DNA of 64,000 nucleotides from Candidatus Hydrogenedentota bacterium (lineage in GTDB: Bacteria; Hydrogenedentota; Hydrogenedentia; Hydrogenedentales; JAEUWI01). Numbering within the stretch: position 1 is the stretch's first letter; every line of letters begins with the position of its first letter. Below the pieces are notes generated by a model. It did no database searches, was not told the origin of the DNA, and was given only the letters and a program-made list of their open reading frames with translations. The translations under genes were made by a program, and so were the position numbers. This document shows, piece by piece, positions 57,799 through 64,000 of the stretch. The stretch spans positions 141,277 to 205,276 of the forward strand of contig JAXMOL010000004.1 in NCBI GenBank assembly GCA_034669905.1, written 5' to 3'.

Positions 57799-58981
57799 CG
57801 AACACGGGCGCTACGGCGATTTCGGGGGGAAATTCGTCCCGGAAACGCTTATGTACGCCCTGGACGAGCTGGAAACCGCCTACAAGGAAGCCCAGGCCGA
57901 CCCGGCGTTCAACGCCGAGCTAGACGATCTGCGCAAGCACTACGTGGGCCGCGAGACGCCCCTCTATTTTGCCTCCCGCCTGACGGAGCATTTGGGCGGT
58001 GCCAAAGTCTATTTCAAGCGGGAAGACCTCGCCCATACCGGTGCCCATAAGATCAACAACGCCCTGGGCCAGTGCCTCCTCGCGAAACGCATGGGGAAGA
58101 AGCGCATCATCGCCGAGACCGGAGCCGGTCAACATGGCGTCGCCACGGCCACGGCCTGCGCCCTCCTCGGTCTCGACTGCGTGGTGTATATGGGGGCCGA
58201 AGACATCGAGCGCCAGAAGCTCAACGTCTTCCGTATGCGGCTCCTGGGCAGTGAAGTGGTCTCGGTAAAATCCGGGAGCAAGACCCTCAAAGACGCTATC
58301 AACGACGCCCTGCGCGATTGGGTGACCACCGTGGGCGATTCCCACTACGTCTTGGGTACTGTACACGGACCCCATCCTTTTCCCATGATCTGCCGCGATT
58401 TCCAGAGTGTCATCGGCAAGGAAGCCCGCCGCCAGATTCTCGAAGCGGAAGGGCGCCTGCCCAACACGCTGATTGCCTGCGTGGGGGGCGGCAGCAACGC
58501 CATTGGACTCTTCTATGAATTTGTTGGAGACGAAGACGTGGCGATGATTGGGGTGGAAGCTGGCGGACGGGCCATCACACCGGGCGAACACGCCGCCCGT
58601 TTTGACGGCGGACACTATGGCATGCTCCATGGGGCCATCAGCTATGTACTGCAGGATGCCGCCGGTCAGATCGGCTCCACCCACAGCGTCTCGGCCGGCC
58701 TCGACTATGCGAGCGTTGGGCCGGAGCACGCCTACTTCCACAAGAGCGGTCGGGTGAAGTACACCCACGCCAGCGATGAAGCGGCCATTGCGGCCTTCCA
58801 GACCTGCAGCAAGCTCGAAGGTATCATTCCCGCCCTCGAAAGCTCCCATGCCATTGCCCACGCCATCAAGGTAGTGCCAACCATGGCAAAAGACGACATT
58901 GTGATTGTAAATATGTCGGGGCGCGGCGACAAAGACGTGACCCAGGCCGCGCGGCTCATCATGCCCGACGAGGAGATATAA
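57749..58981 (+). CDS. trpB: tryptophan synthase beta chain
   Basis: [15 protein letters not shown] (PLP Lys), [32 protein letters not shown]. Confidence 0.98.
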   Translation: MTKFAPSSTTQKHLWPDEHGRYGDFGGKFVPETLMYALDELETAYKEAQADPAFNAELDDLRKHYVGRETPLYFASRLTEHLGGAKVYFKREDLAHTGAHKINNALGQCLLAKRMGKKRIIAETGAGQHGVATATACALLGLDCVVYMGAEDIERQKLNVFRMRLLGSEVVSVKSGSKTLKDAINDALRDWVTTVGDSHYVLGTVHGPHPFPMICRDFQSVIGKEARRQILEAEGRLPNTLIACVGGGSNAIGLFYEFVGDEDVAMIGVEAGGRAITPGEHAARFDGGHYGMLHGAISYVLQDAAGQIGSTHSVSAGLDYASVGPEHAYFHKSGRVKYTHASDEAAIAAFQTCSKLEGIIPALESSHAIAHAIKVVPTMAKDDIVIVNMSGRGDKDVTQAARLIMPDEEI

Positions 58982-58986
58982 GCAGT

Positions 58987-59784
58987 ATGAACCGCATCGA
59001 TCAACGATTCCAGGACCTGAAGGCCGAAGGCAAGACCGCCTTTATCCCGTACATCACCGCCGGCGATCCCACCCTCGCCCAGACGGAAGAAATCGTCTAT
59101 GCGCTGGAAGAAGCGGGAGCCGATATCATCGAGTTTGGCGTGCCCTTTTCCGACCCCATCGGCGATGGCCCCGTTAACCAGGAAGCGGCCCTTCGGGCAC
59201 TCAAACACCATGTTACCCTGAAGGATGTTATCGGGCTCATCAAGACCATCCGCGCCAAGTCCCAGGTGGCCATCCTCATTTTTACCTACTACAATCCCGT
59301 GCTGGCCTATGGCCTCGAAGCCTTCGCCAAGGACGCCGCCGAAGCCGGGGCCGATGGCGTGCTGTGTGTTGACCTGCCGCCCGAAGAGGCCGACGGCTAC
59401 AAAGCCGCCCTGGACGCCAACGACCTCCGCACCGTCTTCCTCATGTCGCCCACCAGCACCGACCAGCGCATCGAACTCATCGCGAAACAGTCCAGCGGAT
59501 TCATCTACTACGTATCCCGCCTCGGCGTCACCGGTGAACAAGCCGACCTCGCCGCCGATCTGGAGCAGGCCGTGGGCAACATCCAGAAGCACACCGACAC
59601 CCCCGTGGCCGTCGGATTCGGCATCTCCACCCCCGAGCAAGCGAAGAAAGTGGCCTCTATGGCCCAGGGCGTCGTCGTCGGCAGCGCCATCGTCCGCATG
59701 ATTGGCGAGCTCGGCGAAAGCGACGAGACCGCGCCCAGAGTGGGGGCCTTTGTGAAGTCCCTCGTGGATGCCACGAAGGGGTAG
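58987..59784 (+). CDS. trpA: tryptophan synthase alpha chain
   Basis: YITAGDP, EFGVPFSDPIGDGP, YYNP, GVTG, VGFGIS, VGSAIV. Confidence 0.97.
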   Translation: MNRIDQRFQDLKAEGKTAFIPYITAGDPTLAQTEEIVYALEEAGADIIEFGVPFSDPIGDGPVNQEAALRALKHHVTLKDVIGLIKTIRAKSQVAILIFTYYNPVLAYGLEAFAKDAAEAGADGVLCVDLPPEEADGYKAALDANDLRTVFLMSPTSTDQRIELIAKQSSGFIYYVSRLGVTGEQADLAADLEQAVGNIQKHTDTPVAVGFGISTPEQAKKVASMAQGVVVGSAIVRMIGELGESDETAPRVGAFVKSLVDATKG

Positions 59785-59789
59785 GGACA

Positions 59790-59818
59790 GAAACGGAGTA
59801 GCCTCCGTTTCCTTAATT
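59790..59818 (+). terminator. probable trp operon terminator hairpin
   Basis: GAAACGGAG-TAGC-CTCCGTTTC stem just after the trpA stop; weak U-tract. Confidence 0.5.
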
Positions 59819-59926
59819 CCGAACACGGGGAGACTGTACCCATAGAATCGCCCGCTTGATCTCCGGGTGCATTCGTGGCAACATCAGGTGGTCAGTGGAC
59901 TATACGACGTTGGGAGACTGCTTGGA

Positions 59927-60121
59927 ATGCACGGTGAAGGCTGCTATCCGCTTACCGATTTCGCCACCCATACGAACGATCACATCACACGGCTCGATTC
60001 GCTCGAAGCCGTCGCCGCCGTGAAGGAGTCCATGGCCGAGTATGCGCGGGGCGAAGGGGTTTCCGCACGCGAGGGACTGAATTCCCTCCGGGAAAAGCAT
60101 GGTATTCCGCGTAACACTTAG
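59927..60121 (+). pseudogene. Phd/YefM-like antitoxin, apparently internally deleted
   Basis: YPLTDFATHTNDHITRL joined directly to DSLEAVAAVKESMAEYARGEG...LREKHGI; the usual central P-x-x-L-T-x-N-G strand pair is missing; 64 aa. Confidence 0.6.
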
Positions 60122-60428
60122 TCCACGTGCGTTGAAAGACGTGGAAAGTGACTACATCTACTACGCTGAAACTGATCTGAGTTTTGCCTGCTCCTGGTAC
60201 GATGGCCTGGAAGCCACCCTCTAGTCTCTCACCGAATTTCCCCTGCGATGTGGTTTGCCGTTTGAGTCGAGATTCTTTGACATACCTTTACGGCAACACC
60301 TCTACGGAAAGGGCGCCCAAAGCTATCGTATCCTCTTTACGGTCCATGAAGACGAGGTACGCGTCCACCACATTCGACACTGCCGACAAGAGCCTGTCAG
60401 CGATATCGATCCACCCGAAGAAATATGA
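60099..60428 (+). pseudogene. RelE/ParE family toxin with in-frame amber stop
   Basis: MVFRVTLSPRALKDVESDY...WYDGLEATL*SLTEFPLRC...LRQHLYGK...YRILFTV...VHHIRH; TAG at 60222-60224; overlaps the antitoxin 3' end; missed by the ORF track. Confidence 0.8.
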
Positions 60429-60597
60429 ATAGGCTGCTGCATGGCGCATCGTTGACTATTGAGCCAGCCCCATCCGAGAGCATCGGCGCGACCGCACCCA
60501 AGCCGATCACCTCACTTTCGACTCCCGGTGAATACATCCGTATACTGTTGGGTGTAGTGCAATAGACACCACCACGTCGGGAGCGAGGACCCACCGA

Positions 60598-62523
60598 ATG
60601 CAGAAACTTATCGCGTCGCTGAAACACGGCCTTCGTTTCGCCCGGGGGGCTTGGGTCATGCGACGGCTCAGCCTCCGCCACCGGGACCTCTTAAGAGAGT
60701 TGCGCCCCCTGGCGGTCGCCCTCGAGCAACGCATCTCGCCCCGCCACCAGGACTCGGGTGCCCTGTTCAATGTGTTTAGCATCAGCGACGACGGGGTCAC
60801 GCTGAATAACGATCCCGAAGATACCGCCCAGGTGGCCCAGTGTCCACAGCTCATTGGAAAGCTTCAGGCCATGCAACTCGAACGGGTCGAACTCGACATT
60901 CAGCTGGAAGAGGGCCAGGTCATAGAGGCCTTCCTCTTGCTCTTTCATGCCCAACCCCATCTGGCCCAGGCCACGCCCCGCGCCGATGAATACACCGGCT
61001 GGCGTGCGAAGGAAGTCGCCGCGCAGATGCGCACAGACATCGGCTTTCACCGCTTCTGTTTTCTCCTGCACGCCGAGCCCGTGAAGGGGCTATTCCGGGT
61101 GACCTATTCCTACTGCGAATTGCCCCTCAGCCTTTTCGTGCAGAACTACGTTCAGAATCACGCCCAGTATGGCGATCACCGGGTCCTCTTTCGTGCCGCG
61201 CCCCGCGTCGGGCTCGCCGCCTTTCTGATCGTGGCCATTCCCACCTTGCTCTACGTATGGTTCCCCACCGTTGCCATCGTGCTCTATTGCGCCCTCGGAG
61301 TCATGGCCGCTTTTGTGGCCGCCGTCACGGTCTACGCCCTCGGGTCCATCCAATACACCCGTGAACACCACGACATCATGATGCAGCGCTACGTGAAGCA
61401 GATTGAAAAGCTCTCCCGTTTTCCCGAGGTCAACCCCAACGTGGTCATGGAAATATCGGCCGAAGGCGAAGCACGCTACATCAACCCCACCGCCACCCAG
61501 TTCCTCAAGGTCATTGGCGCGAAAGACGGAGACCTCGCCGCCCTCCTTTCGGAGAGCTATCGGGACCTGGTGCGCGATTCCCTCGAATCACCGGGCCGGG
61601 CCTTTCGCGATGAGGCCACGGCAGGGGGGCGCACCTTCAATTTTCAGTACGTGAGCTTCCCCAACGAAAACTCCGTCATCGTGGCGGGCACCGAGATCAC
61701 CTACCTGAAACAAATCGAAGCCGACCTCCGCAATGCCCACACCCTTTCGGAGGCCCAGAAAGAGCAGATTGCCGAGGCCTACCGTCTTCTTGACGCCGAA
61801 TTCGAAATCATCGGAAACATTCAGCGGAGCCTCCTGCCCGACGGATTACCCCAGGTGGCCGGCCTCGAAATCGCCACCCACTATGAGGCCTGTCAGCGGG
61901 CCGGGGGCGACTACTATGACTTTTTTCCCCTGCGTAATGGCAACCTCGGCATCCTGATAGCCGATGTCAGTGGGCATGGGAGTCCGGCCGCTGTGCTCAT
62001 GGCGATTACCCACACCATCGCCCACATCCTCCACGAGGAAGCCCTGGAAATCGCGCCGGAAGAAGTCATTTCCGACGTCAACCGAAGTCTCACCCGGCAC
62101 TACCAGCACCGGGGCGATTTCGTCACCGCCATCTATGGTATCTACAATCCGACAGAACGCCACTTCTGCTATTCGTCCGCAGGACACAACCCACCGATTT
62201 TTACGAAAAAGGGAAGCAGCGATTCCAAGCCCCTGAAAAAACAATTTGGCATCCCCCTGGGCATCATGGAAGAAGCGCAGTTTGAATCTACCAACATCCC
62301 ACTGAACGAGGGGGATACCCTCTTACTCTTCACCGACGGCATCACCGAGGCCATGGACCGGGAGCACAATCTCTTCGGCGACCAGCGCATGGCCAACGCG
62401 ATTGGAAACGGTGCCCCCGCCGAAGCACAGGTCGCGACGCTACTTAAAGAAGTGCGCCAGTTCGTCGGCGACGAGCCCCTCAATGACGACCGCACCGTGG
62501 TGTTGTTACGGGGTGTGGGGTAG
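60598..62523 (+). CDS. SpoIIE/RsbU-type PP2C phosphatase with TM helices and PAS-like domain
   Basis: IQRSLLP, GGDYYD, ADVSGHG, SAGHNPP, FTDGITEA, DDRT; PAS-like FPEVNPNVVMEI...YINP. Confidence 0.9.
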   Translation: MQKLIASLKHGLRFARGAWVMRRLSLRHRDLLRELRPLAVALEQRISPRHQDSGALFNVFSISDDGVTLNNDPEDTAQVAQCPQLIGKLQAMQLERVELDIQLEEGQVIEAFLLLFHAQPHLAQATPRADEYTGWRAKEVAAQMRTDIGFHRFCFLLHAEPVKGLFRVTYSYCELPLSLFVQNYVQNHAQYGDHRVLFRAAPRVGLAAFLIVAIPTLLYVWFPTVAIVLYCALGVMAAFVAAVTVYALGSIQYTREHHDIMMQRYVKQIEKLSRFPEVNPNVVMEISAEGEARYINPTATQFLKVIGAKDGDLAALLSESYRDLVRDSLESPGRAFRDEATAGGRTFNFQYVSFPNENSVIVAGTEITYLKQIEADLRNAHTLSEAQKEQIAEAYRLLDAEFEIIGNIQRSLLPDGLPQVAGLEIATHYEACQRAGGDYYDFFPLRNGNLGILIADVSGHGSPAAVLMAITHTIAHILHEEALEIAPEEVISDVNRSLTRHYQHRGDFVTAIYGIYNPTERHFCYSSAGHNPPIFTKKGSSDSKPLKKQFGIPLGIMEEAQFESTNIPLNEGDTLLLFTDGITEAMDREHNLFGDQRMANAIGNGAPAEAQVATLLKEVRQFVGDEPLNDDRTVVLLRGVG

Positions 62524-62527
62524 GGCC

Positions 62528-62689
62528 TCAGGGACTGTCTCGCCCCAGACGACGTCGAAGTGGCGAGATAAACTTGGGACGTTGACCGTCGTCACAGAGG
62601 AACTCATATCGCTGACGGGCGTGGCTGTCCCGTCGTTACCAAGGTGAGCACTCAATCACCTCGCCAACAACGGGACAGTCACCGCCGTC
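62528..62689. repeat. second copy of the MITE/REP-like element (opposite orientation to 43008-43268)
   Basis: CTCAGGGACTGTCTCGCCCCAGA matches the reverse complement of 43247-43269 at 21/23; hairpin GTGGCTGTCCCGTCGTT...AACAACGGGACAGTCAC at 62621-62682. Confidence 0.7.
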
Positions 62690-62716
62690 TGCGTAATTCT
62701 GCGTGGACATAGTCGC
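62661..62716 (+). repeat. 56-bp direct repeat, copy 1
   Basis: TCGCCAACAACGGGACAGTCACCGCCGTCTGCGTAATTCTGCGTGGACATAGTCGC; 54/56 identical to 63807-63862. Confidence 0.92.
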
Positions 62717-62741
62717 TCCACAGACTTTCTCATAGTTGCTG

Positions 62742-63689
62742 CTATTCGACAACATGGGGTGCGGCGGAAACATCTAGATTCTTGCTGCGAAAGGCCACTG
62801 GCTGCTCAGCAATATGCGCAAGCATCTCGTCAAGAACTCCTTCCAAGTTCTGACTCCTCAACTCATTCCGGACAGTTTCTACATCCGCTCCATGGCTCAA
62901 TAGAAACTCGAGATGGTTGACGTTCTTCTCACGTACAGCAGGAAGTATGTTACGTGTCGGGTCAGCGCCTTGTTCAACGAGAAACTGCAACATTGGCATA
63001 TCATCGTTAATCGTCGCATAGTACATCATATTCCACTCAGGATTTGAGCCACTATTTATTCCTGATTGGTTGGGACTTGGATTAATCTCAGCGCCAGACT
63101 GAAGCAGAATCTTCACCATTTGAATGCTTCCATTCTTTACAGCGACAGGTAACAAGGGTGAAGTATGAATCCCTGCCGTACCCCAATCCTCGATTCGCCC
63201 GTTGTTCGGCCCGACACCAGCTAGATTAAACTCCAAGCGACTTCGAGCCAATTCCAAATCGTTCCGTAGAACCGCGTCCTCTAACGACTTGTAGTTGACG
63301 GAGCAAATACACATCGCCAACAACAGGATAGCGATACATGCCATCGGTCTGTACAATCCTGGAGTAAAACGGGACTCTTCAGACTCCGTCCAATCATCCA
63401 CTCGGAGCCTTCTCAGGACCTCGAAGACCAATGTATAGACCGCAGCCAATAGAAGAACAGATAACAATTCAGCAAAAACTGATGGGCTGGTTAGCACGTA
63501 GACAATTTCCAATCGGCCCCCACCGCGTGCATTGTCATCAATCGCCCATAAAACAAACAGAAAGCCGGGAACATACATCAAGAGTGCTATTGGCCAGGTT
63601 CGCCGAAGTGGGAGCACCAAGAGTATCTGCTGAATCGCCGGAATCGAAATAGCAATGAGTGTAGAATAGATTGGTAAACTTAAGCTCAT
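62742..63689 (-). CDS. membrane protein with C-terminal ankyrin repeats
   Basis: About four TM helices then AVKNGSIQMVKILLQSGAEIN, MLQFLVEQGAD, LEFLLSHGADV; visibly AT-richer than neighbours; start uncertain (63689 or 63746). Confidence 0.8.
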   Translation of the reverse strand: MSLSLPIYSTLIAISIPAIQQILLVLPLRRTWPIALLMYVPGFLFVLWAIDDNARGGGRLEIVYVLTSPSVFAELLSVLLLAAVYTLVFEVLRRLRVDDWTESEESRFTPGLYRPMACIAILLLAMCICSVNYKSLEDAVLRNDLELARSRLEFNLAGVGPNNGRIEDWGTAGIHTSPLLPVAVKNGSIQMVKILLQSGAEINPSPNQSGINSGSNPEWNMMYYATINDDMPMLQFLVEQGADPTRNILPAVREKNVNHLEFLLSHGADVETVRNELRSQNLEGVLDEMLAHIAEQPVAFRSKNLDVSAAPHVVE

Positions 63690-63806
63690 GATCGTACTAT
63701 CCAGTGCCCTCACCAGACCATCGTCTCTAAACGTGGGGTATTGCAATACGCTACTCCCGTGGAGCGGCTTACAGAGGGCGCGGCAGTGACTACGACTAAG
63801 TTACCT

Positions 63807-63862
63807 TCGCCAACAACGGAACAGCCACCGCCGTCTGCGTAATTCTGCGTGGACATAGTCGC
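63807..63862 (+). repeat. 56-bp direct repeat, copy 2
   Basis: TCGCCAACAACGGAACAGCCACCGCCGTCTGCGTAATTCTGCGTGGACATAGTCGC. Confidence 0.92.
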
Positions 63863-64000
63863 CCGCTGGCCTACCCCTCTGTGCCAGAATAGTTGAGACA
63901 GTCTCCTTGTAAGAATTAGTGTTGAGGGCAAGGAGCCTATTGATGAGTAATGACCGTATTCCAAAGGAAGATACCGGGGTAGTTTCGTTTGGTGCCCCGG

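Noticed and set aside
62661..63862. CRISPR array or classical integron attC sites
   Set aside because: Only two repeats 1.1 kb apart, no cas or intI gene, and no attC core-site consensus
63710..63964. 84-aa minus-strand ORF
   Set aside because: Runs through the direct repeat, no motifs; any gene entering from beyond the window cannot be assigned a frame

Overview
GC-rich bacterial chromosomal window, mostly housekeeping genes. Gene style (Tat-exported sulfatase and Gfo/Idh/MocA protein, DUF1080, long MacA-like adaptor) suggests a PVC- or Hydrogenedentes-like organism; that is inference only. Content in order: tex, a dksA/traR-like gene, lgt, a metallophosphoesterase, an ECF sigma/anti-sigma trio divergent from an S41 protease, rph-rdgB-tsaC-rpiB-hslU-pgeF, the rimP-nusA-infB-DUF503-rbfA-truB-ribF operon (rbfA fused in frame to a DHH/NrnA phosphoesterase), a TolC-MacA-ABC-MacB exporter, nhaC, hydrolases, hemN-hemY, sulfatase, sulP, dxs, an acyl-CoA ligase, mgtE, a degenerate RecQ-like protein, trpDCFBA, a decayed Phd/ParE toxin-antitoxin pair, a SpoIIE phosphatase and an AT-richer ankyrin gene. 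No rRNA, tRNA, CRISPR array, integrase or transposase was recognised. The most unusual signal is non-coding: a small repeat element with a conserved terminus and a GGGACAG/CTGTCCC hairpin at an identical 93-bp offset (43.0-43.3 kb and 62.5-62.7 kb), whose 56-bp segment recurs as direct repeats bracketing the ankyrin gene. Two candidate structured RNA leaders lie upstream of tex and sulP. All calls come from motif recognition by eye; no database searches were run.
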